Assembly (NCBI RefSeq): GCF_009914755.1
Contig: NC_060936.1
DNA length: 64,000 bases
From: the human T2T-CHM13v2.0 reference genome, Homo sapiens
Direction: 5' to 3' (one strand)
Shown: in pieces, positions 16,207 to 28,747 of the stretch
How the letters are laid out: the number at the start of each line of letters is the position of its first letter
Numbering within the stretch: the stretch's first letter is position 1
Notes under the pieces: generated by a model
The model's database searches: none
Told to the model about the DNA's origin: nothing
The model's input: only the letters and a program-made list of their open reading frames with translations
Position numbers and translations under genes: made by a program

Positions 16207-16287
16207 TGATCTGAATTTGCAGCAAGCTTGTTATGTTCATGAATCGTTTCCTGGACACAGTCTTCAAGCATTCGCACATGACTATCA
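16207..16287 (-). CDS. INTS13: INTS13 exon 5 (DSHVRMLEDCVQETIHEHNKLAANSD)
   Basis: ccatag| acceptor, TCA|gtgagt donor, 81 nt. Confidence 0.94.
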
Positions 16288-16704
16288 CTATGGCATAAAA
16301 AAGATATAGCAAATTTAAAGGAATAAACAGTAACAGAAAAAATTCAAAACACTCTTCCGCTTTAATATGGTGTTATAGACATTTAAAGTTACTTCACTAA
16401 GGACTATCTTTAGTGTGCTAAGTCATACCACTAAACAACTAGCTGAAAAACCAGTGAGAAAAAATGTTAAATTTACCTACATGATGGCAATCTAAACAGT
16501 TTTCAATGAGATAAGTCTTTATTTTAGAATGGAACACAGCCTCAATATTAAAAGGCAAAAAAAAAAAAAAGAAAAAAATCAGAAAGGCCACTTGTAATAT
16601 GCTTAAACGTAAACATGTAAACATGCTGTCTCTAGTATTCTGAAAAACTACAACAGGATTTTAAAATTCCCACAGTGAAAGAATTGCTATAATCAACACC
16701 TCAC

Positions 16705-16907
16705 CTTTTTGCATTAGTAATACAGATTATTCGTCCTCTATTTCCAACACGTTCTGCATTCTCCATGAGTAGAGTACGAGCCTCATGTTGGTATTCAGTA
16801 ATTTTGCAGAGAGTTTCCACTGCTGCAACAAGGCCATGCAGAATACTGCAGCACTCTGGATCTGCCCGAGGATTAGGAGGCCCAACAGCGGCTAATGCTG
16901 CCATTAG
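16705..16907 (-). CDS. INTS13: INTS13 exon 4 (LMAALAAVGPPNPRADPECC...ICITNAK)
   Basis: acttag| acceptor, AAG|gtgag donor, 203 nt. Confidence 0.95.
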
Positions 16908-16959
16908 CTAAGTAAAAGGGAAAACAATTATGTTGACAAGAATATGTGCAATTCAGATA

Positions 16960-18445
16960 AAAATATCACAAGAAAGAAAACTACACACCAATGTATCTTA
17001 CATATATGGACATGAACATTCTTAAAAAAATAGTAGCAAACCAAATCCAGTAACACACAAAGAATTATACACCATGAACAAGTGGGATTTATTCTAGGAA
17101 TGCAAAGTTTATTTAATATGCAAATATCAATTATTACAATACATCATATATCAATAAAATAAAAATCACATGATCATCTCAATAAACACAGAAACAGCAC
17201 TTGACAAGATCCAAAACCTTTTCATAATTAAAAAAATTAGCAACAGAAGGGAATTTCCTCAAGAAGATAAAGGACACCTATGAAAAACCTACTGATAACA
17301 TCATACTTAATGGTGAAAGATTGGATGAATTCTCCCTACTTATCAGTAACAAAGATGTTTACTCTCATCACTTCCATTCAACACTGTACTGGAAGTTCTA
17401 GCCAAGGTGATAGGAAAGAAAAAGAAATAAAAGAAATTCATGCCAAGCCCAGCGGCTCATGCCTGTAATCCCAGTACTTTGGGAAGCCAAGGCAGGACAA
17501 TTGCTCGAGGCCAAGAGTTCAAGACCAGGCTGGGCAACAAAGCAAGACACCGTTTCTATAAAAAGAAAAAAAAAAAAAAACTAAAAAATCAGCTAGGTGG
17601 GGTGATGTACACCCATAGTCCTAGCTACTTAGAAGACTGAGGCAGAAGGATCGCTTGAGCCCAGGAGTTCAGCCACTGAACTCTGGCCTAGGTGATAAAC
17701 AGAGACAAGAAAGACAGAAAGACAGAAAGGAAGAAAGGAAGGAAGGAAAGAAGAAAGAAAGGAAGGAAGGAGAGAGAAAGGGAAGAAAGAAAGGAAGAAA
17801 GAGAAAGGAAGAAAGAAGGAAAAAGGGAAGGAAGGAAGAGAGAGAGAGAGGATGGACAGAATCCAGATTGGAAAGAAAGAGGTAAAACTCTATGTTGCAG
17901 ATGACATGATCCTGAATTTACGAAATCCCAAGGTATCCACTAAAAAACTATTATAACTAATATACAAGTTCAGCAAACCTGTAGTATACAAGATTAATAC
18001 ACAAAAATCAATTGTATTTCTATATACTTACAATAATCTGAAGACTAAATTTTTTAAAATCCCACTTAAAACAGCATCAAAAATAAAATACTTAGAAATA
18101 AATTTAACAAGAACTATAAAACTTATACTCTGAAAACAACAAAACATTGTTGAAGAAATTAAAGATCTAAAAAATGAAAAAACATACCATGCTCATGGAT
18201 TGGAAGAGTTAATATTGTTAAGATGGCCATATTATCCAAACTGACCTACAGTGTCAACATAATCCCCAACTTCTTTGTAGTAATTGATAACGTGATTCTA
18301 AAATTCATATGGAATTGCAAGGGACCCAGACTGGCCAAAACAATCTTCAAAAAGAACAAGGTAAGAAGAGTCACACTTCCTATTTTTAAAACTTACTACA
18401 AAACAATGGTAACCAAGATAGTACGGTATTGGCACAAGATAGACA
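16960..18445 (+). mobile_element. Old L1M ORF2 fragment interrupted by an AluJ (~17443-17700) with a GA-rich tail
   Basis: L1 ORF2 peptide remnants ([22 protein letters not shown]...YYK...YWHK). Confidence 0.85.
17700..17850 (+). repeat. (GAAA/GGAA)n homopurine simple repeat
   Basis: ~150 bp almost purely A/G. Confidence 0.9.
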
Positions 18446-19162
18446 TAGAGACACAGAAAGGTTTAACATAGGGAAAAGGTGTGACATGGATAACCAAAGC
18501 TAAACATTAAATATAGACAAGATTATACACAATTTATACAAAATGTACATTCTTTTATACATTCTTGAACACCAGTGATTTGCTATATAGCTGCTTTCAC
18601 AACTGGAGATTCCCCCTCCATTCAAAATTTAAAAGCAATGAATGGGATATCGTGTACCTTCACCTTGGGAAAGCAAAAGAAGTAATAATTCCTTTATGAC
18701 TAGCATACCTATCCATCAAATGCACACTTTTACTGCACTGCAGAGGTGCAGTCAGTAGGTACAAATCTACACAGATATGTACTTATTTTTATTCATACAC
18801 TACTAGAAAGCCTTCACACTTCTTTCACAGTACCTCTTGAAAAAGGTAAACACTTCTTTCACAGTATTTAAAAAAGTAAGGTGGAAACGTATGGAATTCT
18901 TAAAATTGTTTTTTCAGGTAATAGTATATTAAGAACATTCTGGAATGATATTAGTGCAAAGCCAAGCCAATCAAAGCCTACTGAGTGAATTACCTCAAAA
19001 GAATGAAAGGTTAGCTTTGTTTACATATATTATAATACTAATCACAAACATTTTAAGACCAAACAGTATGATAAAACACATTTTCTTTAAAAGCATTCTA
19101 TTTAAAACTAACCTCGGAGAACAATAAAATAAAATTAAATTAAAAAAAAAAACAGAAAAAGA

Positions 19163-19552
<390 letters not shown>

Positions 19553-19790
19553 TTAAATAATTCAAATAATGTATTCAATTATTTCACTAAAGCCTTGTTT
19601 CTCATGTTGTTCACATTCATCAGGGAAGGACCTTGTAGACTGAAGTCTTCTATCCAACTAAATGATGGCAAAGAACATAAGCTACTAGTAACTCAGTATC
19701 TTTAGACAAATAATGTTAAAACATAAACCTAACTAGTTGAGCATGAGTTGATTTCTGCTTCCTCCACTAAAATCGAAGTAAAAGATTTTA

Positions 19791-20238
<448 letters not shown>

Positions 20239-20584
20239 TTAATAGGACTGAATATGCAGAAATCTAAGTGCCCATGGAAACTAAAAGGCAAAATAATCCA
20301 GGAGAAGTTCAGAACTGGAGAATCCAGGAGAAGTTCAAGAACTAGAGGCACCAATTACCAAATACAGTGGGGAAAGGCAAGATACTAAAAACGTCAATAG
20401 CTTGAAGTCAGTTTAAGGAACAACTTGACTCCCAGATCTTACTTACACCCTACCCGTGTAAGTGACTACATCTCCCCTACCCCACAAGATACAGAATCAC
20501 ATTCTTTGGAAGAACTGAAACTGAAAGGTATCAAATATGGATACCAAAAGCACATAAGAGAGTAAAGGTAAGATACTAAATCAC

Positions 20585-20705
20585 TACTGCGCAATAGAAC
20601 TTACTGCGATGATGGAAATGTTCTCTATCTGTGCTGTCCAATACAGTAGCCACTATCTATGTGAGGCTTACTGTGCATCTGAAATATGGCTACTGCTACA
20701 GAGGA
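20585..20705 (+). mobile_element. MER3-like hAT element fragment
   Basis: caatagaact...gatgatggaaatgttct...ctgtgctgtccaata...agtagccac. Confidence 0.7.
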
Positions 20706-22067
20706 AATGGTATAAACTTACCCTCTCCCGTCTCCCAGAGAGCTGACAACCAAGTTGTCATACAGATAAAAGAGTAGAAGAACAGTCCCAGAGAGACCAT
20801 CTGTCAACTCCAATATTTGGAGGTTCCCTAGCGCAAACAATCAGCTAAAACTACAATGAAGTATATAGTCAGCAATACCTACTCCATAACATGTAGATTT
20901 TCTAATCTGCCATTTAGTGCCTTGCTTTTAAATAAGACTGTCTAGCTAACTATCAGCAGGCATTTAAGAAAAGCCTCAACATAAAAAAAGAACTGTGAGA
21001 ACACAGAAGGCACAAAAGAAAACATCAAATAAACTAATGTTAATACCTGCAGGTAAAATTACACCCATAAAACAAGAAAAGGATATGACAAAAACAGACA
21101 TAGTTAAGAGTATAAGTCAAAGTTCTTGGAAATTAAAAGTACAATCAAATAGAGAGTTCTATACAAGGGTTAAAAGCGTCAAAAAAGCAGAATGACTGAC
21201 AATGAGATGATCAGTGAGAAAAACAGTAAGGAATTTAATGCAGGAGGTCTAACATCCCAGGAATGGATATTCCTGAAAGACACAGAACACAGAGACAAGA
21301 ACATTATCAATGAAACAATGCAGGGGAAATTTCCCTGTACTGGAAAATACAAAGCCTAGCACAATGGATGAGAACAGACCAACACCAAGGCACACCACTG
21401 AGATTCTAACAGCTTTCAGTGCGAAATTATAAAGAAAAATGGTGTTAGGCTTCTCAGCATTGGAGGCTATAAAACACATAATTTTGTGGAGTATATAATG
21501 CCCTCAAAATTTTGAGGAAAAAGTTATTTCCAACACGGAATTTCTACACCCAAAGTATCAGCAAGGGGCAAGGTAAACTACAGGCAACCCGGAGGTTATG
21601 TTCTACCAAAACAAAAGATTACACAAAGAAAAAGAGAGGAAAAAAAATGGGATCTGAAAAATAGGGAGAGAAGGATGATAGGAGTGCAGTGGGCCTAGAA
21701 AGCAGCCAGTTCAAACTGGAGCAGAAGACTGTGCTCCAAGAAGTTCCTCAGGGGACAAAATCAAACTGCTGAATTATCTAACACATTTATGATCAAAATA
21801 TTGGGCAGTTTTGTAGAAGCATGAGAAAAAGCAGCAATGGATATTATGAAAACAAAACACATGAAGGGGAGAAAAAGGAGATAATAAATAATTCCAGGAA
21901 TAAACAAAAAGCTATATAAGGAACTAACCATATATATTACTTGGCTTAACAGTGAATAATACTTTACGTAGATGTTATAATGCCAACATGAAACTTTGAA
22001 ATAACCAACAATTCTGACATATTAATATTGAGAACACAAGGGAAGGGGACAGGCATTAGACATATGA

Positions 22068-22290
22068 AGGTCAGAAGTTCAAGACCAGCCTGGCCAACAT
22101 GGCTAAACCCTATTTCTACTAAAAAATACAAAAATTAGCCAGGCATGGTGGCACACACCTGTAGTCTCAGCTACTCGGGAGGCTTAGGCAGGTGAATCTA
22201 TTGAACCTGGGAGAGGTTGCAGTGAGCCGAGATGGCGCAATGCACCCCAGTCTGGGTGACAGCAAGACTCCGTCTCAAAATAAATAAATA
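22068..22290 (+). mobile_element. 5'-truncated Alu
   Basis: Alu consensus from gaggtcag onward. Confidence 0.85.
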
Positions 22291-22564
22291 AGTAGATAAA
22301 TAAACAGAGAACTCAATAAACAGGAATAAAAACATGTTATTTAGAAATCTGGAAGTAAATATGACAACTACTAAAAAATGGAAGTTTGCTTGGGGGTGCT
22401 GGGTGTAGGGAAAGCCTAGAATGGGGATAGCTGTTTTCATATGACTTGGCATTTTAACACTATATGCAAATCCTAGAGTGATTTAAAAAATTAGTCATTT
22501 TTTTAAAAAGTATTACCACATTTAGATAATTTACAAATGGCCACAGCTCAAAATCTAACCATAC

Positions 22565-22639
22565 CTCCTGTAAATTTTGGTCTTCTTGAGTCCAAGAATT
22601 TAAAACATGTGCTCCAGAGTCACTCACAATAAAATTCAC
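22565..22639 (-). CDS. INTS13: INTS13 exon 3 (VNFIVSDSGAHVLNSWTQEDQNLQE)
   Basis: attag| acceptor, GAG|gtatg donor, 75 nt, symmetric phase 0; too short for the ORF track. Confidence 0.93.
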
Positions 22640-24049
22640 CTAATAGATTCCAAAGAAACAATTAGTATTCAACTCTAATTTCACTCAATCACCAACATAT
22701 TTTCAAGTAATATGCAATTTGTAACACTGTTTCACTGATTCATTCATTCTTCTTTTTATAGTTACAGAATGTGTAGTACATGCCAGGTGCTATTGCTGGC
22801 ACTGAGTATATGGGAATAGAGTGATGAATAAAAAAGTTCTGTCACTCACAATGCGGGGAAAGTCAGGGGAGGGGAGTCTACTAGGACAGAAGGCACTGCG
22901 GGAAGAATACAAACAAATAAATGAACAAGATAATTTCAGAGAGTGATAAACGCTATGAAAAATAAGTTAATTAGCTACTTTAGATTAGGTGGTTACAGAA
23001 GGACTCTCCATAGAAGTGGCAACTGAAGGCAATCCAAAACCAGCCACCGTAAAGTCAGGGATAGACAATCTGGGTACGGCAAATAACAAATGCAAAGGCA
23101 TCTAAGCATATACCCTGGAAAGGGTGAAAGTCAGAGCAGGCAGTGGGAGAGGAGACAAACTCAGAGAAAGAGGCAGGAGCTGGATCATATAGGGCACCGA
23201 AAGCCAAAATAATGGATATGGTCTTTACGCTAAGTTTTAAAGTAAAATGCAAATTTGAAAATTTAAAATTACCTGCTATCAGGTAAGATAATGACAAAGA
23301 ACATTTTGGAAAACTTATCAAATGATGATTCTGACCCATGTTCCTTTTTGGCTAGAGGGTTAGATTTCTTTCTTTACTCTGGACAACACGATCTAATCTA
23401 TGATCTTTTTCCCTATATATCGATGAAATACCAGTTTTCCTTCCTCCCCCAAGAAGTTTGATAATTGGTCTTCTCTTCCAAGGCTTATCTGACAGGGATA
23501 TATTTTACAAGTCACTTTACGTAGATTTATCTCTTTTAAAGCTTACATCGAGGAAGTAAGTGTTATACTTACACGGGAGGAAACTGAGGCTTGGAGAGAT
23601 TAAGAAATATGATCAAAGTCACACAGCTAGTAGTTAACCACGCCAAGGTCTGAACCGAAGCCTGCGCTCCAAATCAGTTACATTCCCTCTCATTATATAT
23701 TTTTATCACACACAGAATGCACACAAATTTTAAGAAGGGCTTATATTTTAATTTGGAATATATGTGAATGTATAATATCAGACTATGTTCACCTTTACTC
23801 TACTGCCCTACCTTCCTCAGTCTAAGAATTGGCTAGGTCCCAGCGCTTCGAGTAAGACAGAAAGCAAGTCTTCCACTTGTGGCTAAACAAATGACTTTCC
23901 CAAAATAAGACATTTAAGATACTGAAATCTAAGATTAAACTTTAATACCTGTAATTTCTGTCAATCATCCATTTCTCTTCTTACTGATAAACCATATCCA
24001 CTTAGCATTCTTAAAAGTATTTCTTTCTAATATGGCCAAACAATACAGC

Positions 24050-24420
24050 AGTTTAGTATATATTTGCTAAAATTGCAAGCAGCTAGCCAGCTTAGGTTCA
24101 AATTCTGGCTCTGCCTCTACGTAACTATGTGACTCAGGACAAGTTTCTTCTCTTTACCTCAGTTTCCGGATCTGCAACAGGGAAGCAACAAACAAGACTG
24201 ACAGTCAGCTGCTACATGCCAGCACAGTTTGACAGCAGCTCTCAATGGTCAGTCTGTGTTCTATACTGGTTGTTACATACTTTGAATATTGCTTCAATAA
24301 CTACAGTTCCTACCTAACATGACTGTTATGAGAATTACGGAAATTAATAAATATGAAGCACTTTGAAATATGTCTGGCACATGTAAAGTGCTCAATAATT
24401 GTTAGCTGTTATTATTACTG
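24050..24420 (+). mobile_element. MIR remnant (another, opposite orientation, at ~23510-23700)
   Basis: ggttcaaattctggctctgcc...cctcagtttcc; ggaaactgaggct core. Confidence 0.65.
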
Positions 24421-24587
24421 GCCCCAATTAAATATCCATTATATATTAATCCCAAAGGGCAGCGTTATGTACCACATTTTTAAGTAATAAACACACAGTC
24501 ATTATCTATAGCAAATTCATATAAAAATTCATTTATGCAGTTAAGTACATCCCCAAAATCATGATTTTGTTTGTACTTCACACTCAC

Positions 24588-24812
24588 CAGCTTTTTGAAA
24601 GGAAATATATCATACATTATTCTACAATATTCCATGGAAGATTCTACTGAGCAAGTCCACAATGATTTAGATATGGGGGCCAAAGGAATGATTCCTTGGG
24701 TTCTATTCTTCACCAGCATATCAAACTCGACATGCTGCCTGCAAGATTCTGCCATATAAGGGCAGTGATCCACAACAAACACTGTTTTATGAGATTCAGA
24801 AAAAATCTTCAT
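24588..24812 (-). CDS. INTS13: INTS13 first coding exon (exon 2, spans to 24823): MKIFSESHKTVFVVDHCPYM...FPFKKL; Integrator complex subunit 13 / Asunder
   Basis: cttacag| acceptor at 24824, ATG at 24812, CTG|gtgagt donor; exons 2-14 join into 1805 nt of uninterrupted ORF. Confidence 0.96.
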
Positions 24813-25804
24813 TTTGTTTTAACCTGTAAGGGGAAAAACATATTAGCCAAATATTTGTACATAACATCTTACATTTTTTCTAATTTTCTCAAGAAGATTG
24901 TCTTTCCCTCAAGAAGACTTGGTAGGGAACATGAATAATATGTTCAAAGAAATCTGTCCGACAAAGGACAGTTTAATGAGGTCATGACCAGAAAGCAAGG
25001 GTATCAATACACCATATTAGGCTGTCACTCTACCAGGCCCAGACAAAAATACCAGTGCATGCATTTTTGGTTTTGCTTTTAAAATGAACTTAAAATTGTC
25101 AGAGGGAAACATTTTGACATTTAATTGTATTTGATTCCCTTACATATACGAAACATAAGTGACAAAGACTCTTGAAATACAACTTTATGATCCTTGCTAA
25201 TTGACATTAGTCACATATAAACCCCAAGCCAGCATTTTTGCACTTCCCTCCAAGAAAAACGTTTGAAGGGGGACTGGCGGGTAGGGGTGCGGAATTAACA
25301 GGAAAGAGGAGTGACAGCAAAAGAAAAGGCCAAAACAAAGATAAACATCTCCTAAGATAACCGCACATCAGGTCTTCGCCTTAGGATAAGGACCCCAACT
25401 TCACACTCTCCCCTTAGCTTTTGAAACATCACAGTAATTTACCAGGTAGAGCAGAAAAACTTAGTTGTTACCATCACACTGGTGTGTAGAAGGAAATTTA
25501 AAACTTTTAAAACTTTTTCTTATTAAAACAGAGCATACGGTACTCCCCTGCTTCGCTAACAAAATCTTATACTGAATAGACAATCCACATTCGAAAAGCA
25601 CATGGCAAGCAAAGCCAAAGTGTTAAATCAAAACGAACTGATTTCTTACGATCCAGCTATTTTCACCTCTTGCTTTCAAGACGCATCTCCCCTTCATGCA
25701 AAACTCTCTTTGAGAAACCTTCTAGACCCACTTTGCTGGAGGGTGGGGGGTGGAAAATACAAGGTGAGTGGATAGGGAAGACCTCAGGATCGAGGTTCGC
25801 TTAC

Positions 25805-26300
25805 TTTCGTGCCTGGTCCTGCAGTGAAAACGAACAGAGGCTATGGACCACAGCCTCTCTGGAAAAGGCTGCTGGCTGGGCGGGGAGAGTCAGCGCACAG
25901 TCGGGAGTGTCTGGTGCCACAGACAGGGGACTATGCTTTCCCCGATCATCTCCTAGCACACCGGTCCTTCCCAGGCTTCCTAAGAGCAGGAGCGCGCGTG
26001 CGCGTGCACACACACACACGCACTCGGGCTCGCGCGTGCGCACAGCGCTCTCCGATAGCCCGGCCAAGCCTCCCTTCCCCCTCGTAGGGCCAGGCGTCCC
26101 AGTCGCCGAACAGGAAGAGGGCGGGGCCAAGGAGGAAAAAAAAAGCCTCCACCCCTCGAGATTTTCCACCCGCTAATTTTCCCAGTCACCCATTGGGAAG
26201 CAGGATCTGGGCGACCTGAAAGCCTCCCCAACAGCGAAGTACCAACCACGGCCCCCTAAGCGTACGACCCACCCACCCGGTCTCCCCTTCTCTGTCTCTC
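25805..26300 (-). other. INTS13: INTS13 non-coding exon 1 (5'UTR); 5' end approximate
   Basis: AAA|gtaagc donor at 25804 at the CpG island edge; TSS cannot be read from sequence. Confidence 0.65.
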
Positions 26301-26479
26301 CACCCAGGCCGGTTTCCCCTGGAAAAACTCGCGAGACTTTGCGAGAGGCCGAGCGAAAGCCTGGGAAGGGAGGAATAGGGAGGGACATAGAAGGGCCCCG
26401 CCCTGCCTTCTGGGGCAAAGCGGAGAGTGGTCGGTTCTGCCCCACAGTAACGCGAGGAAAGAAATCTCGCGAGGCTGGA

Positions 26480-26719
26480 GTTCTCCGGGAGCGCCGGTCG
26501 GAGGCGGTCGGCGGAGGTGTCTACCCCGCCGGTGATGGCGTTGAACGCCACTGGCTTCCCGGCCTTCCGTCCGCTGCCTCCGTCCGATTCTGCGTCTGCT
26601 TGCTGAGGAGGCGGATTAGGGGGGCGCGGAGTCTCTTCCCTTGAGTGCATAGGTCCCGGTTGGTAGAGGGTTTGAGTCCGCATCGCCACAGCTGAAGGCT
26701 GCGAGGGACTAAGAGCAGA
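26480..26719 (+). other. FGFR1OP2: FGFR1OP2 non-coding exon 1; 5' end approximate
   Basis: AGA|gtaagt strong donor at 26720 inside the CpG island. Confidence 0.75.
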
Positions 26720-28747
26720 GTAAGTGGACTAAATCCAGGGACGGGAGCAGGGGTGGGCGAGTCGGAGGCGTCCTTTGCCGGGGCAGTCCTTCGCCGGGGC
26801 CGGTGCCTTGCGCCTCTTGAACCACCGGCGCCCGGCCCTGTCCGCTTCCCGCCGCGGGCTCCCTGCTCCTGGGAGCCGGACTTCCTCTCCGCGCCCCCCG
26901 ACTCCGAGCTCCTCTTAATGGAGATGCGGTGCGGAAAGTTCAATGAAAAGCCTTGGCTCTAACCCTGTGGACACACCTTCCGTATCTGCTTTCATCCTGC
27001 CTTACCCACCTGCGAGTTCACCACCGGACGGGGGACCCTTTCAGTCACCTGTTTGCAGCGTTTAATGAAGATAACTTGTTTCTTGAAACTGCTCTCCAAG
27101 GGGTATTACTCTTTTCTGGTTCTCTTCCTGCCTTTCTTCTCTATCCCATCTCTGATAATGGTTCCAGTATCTGTCCTGCTATCCGAACTAGAAAACCAGG
27201 AATCATCATTGGTTCTTCATTTCCACTTAACACTGCACTGTATTATTTTTTTTTTCGCCAGAATTAGTGCGGTTGCCCCCTCTGCCCCCCGCCCTCCACT
27301 GGTTTCCCTACTATAATCCTTCCATAGAGTTATTCTGAAATACATATTTATCTCTGTCCTTTCCTTAAACTTTTTAGTAACCGTATTGCTGACAGCATCA
27401 AATCCTAATTGTTAAGCACATCATCATTCAGGATCTTTTACAGTCTGCCCCAATCCATTTTACCTTTTAGTCCTGCTTTAATATCCTACCATACAAGACT
27501 ATACTGGCTATTTCCCCAAACATGCCATGCGCTTTGACAGCTCTGTACTTTTGTACGTGCGGATGTCTAGGATGTTTACTGTTCCTCTATTTTACCACCT
27601 GTCAAAACCCAATTCATAAATCATTGTCTTCTCAGACTCCCCCAGGTGACATTGATACCGCTGTGCTCCCAACGCATTTGAAACTTTTCTTCTGCAGTAT
27701 TTATTAGGTTGTATTATTTGTTTCTGTCTCTCCTGCCAATTTGAACCTGGGTCTGTCTGGAATCATGTCTTACTCATCTCTGAGAAAAAGTCCAGTACTT
27801 GGCACATAGCAAGCATTATTTATATATACATATGTATGTTTATTGAAATGGAATAGTTCTAAGGAATTCACCGTAAGAGTTCTTCATCCTTTAAAATCAT
27901 AGAATTTTGGGCCAGAAGGAACTCTGTACATTAGCTTAAAGGTCCCGACCTATTTTGATTATGAGAAACCCTGTACTTCTAATACACATGCAATTGGACT
28001 TTTAGTAATTGTTGGTTGAAATTATGTATAATGACAGAAAACTACTATGCTTTTAAATGATTTTGTATTTTATTTTTACAGTATCTATTTATATTTGAGA
28101 AATGGAGCAGAAATGTTTTAGACTACAGACAGTGCTTGGAGTATGTGCATTCAGGCAACTCTTCTACTGACTCCTTAGCCTGTAGGTTAGAAATAACTGG
28201 TTTAGATTAGGTTAGTTCCTTCTTGAACTGTCACAACTCTTTGAACATATGTATGTGAAACTTATATTCAGCCACAATTCTAAGGGAACGTGTAATTTTA
28301 AAAAAATCCTCCAGTGTCATTACTTCCAAAATCTTTCTTCCAAGTTTAAAAATTAATTTTCTTCAGAAAGTGTCTTTATACAGTTCCAAACATGTATTCA
28401 TTCCACTATTTTCAAGGACAGTGAAAATTTTCTTTGCTTTCACATACAGCGATGTGCCTTTATAAATGCTTATTTTTATATGTAATTTATATGCGTTCTT
28501 TCTTGCATTCATAAGATTATAAGTTTATATGAAAACCATAACTATACCTTTTGGTTTTTTTATTTCCATATGGGTCAGTTCATATTATGTACTAATTAAT
28601 ATTAGAGACACATACCTGAACATGAAAAAATTTAAACTAGATTGTTGACATTTAAAGACAGATCTGTGGTGTATCAGTAGCCACAATATTTCTGTGTAGA
28701 TGTAGTGGTAGGAGTAGTGGATTTGCAGATAAGGGAAACAGAAGTGT

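Larger units (their letters stand above)
25780..27000. promoter_or_regulatory. Bidirectional CpG-island promoter shared by INTS13 and FGFR1OP2
   Basis: High GC/CpG against AT-rich flanks; GC boxes (GGGCGGGG ~25878, ~26119), NRF1-like GCGCGTGCGC (~25994, ~26032), CTCGCGAG palindromes (26328, 26466), ETS-like CTTCCG; divergent first-exon donors at 25804 and 26720. Confidence 0.9.

Noticed and set aside
17655-17904. Lys/Arg/Glu-rich ORFs
   Set aside because: Translation of the GA-rich microsatellite
18816-18866. 17-bp direct repeat acacttctttcacagta (similar short duplication at ~20295-20347)
   Set aside because: Two copies only; ordinary micro-duplication, not an array
25670-26962. Multiple overlapping 70-168-aa ORFs on both strands
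   Set aside because: Expected from stop-codon scarcity in a GC-rich CpG island; many start at non-ATG codons
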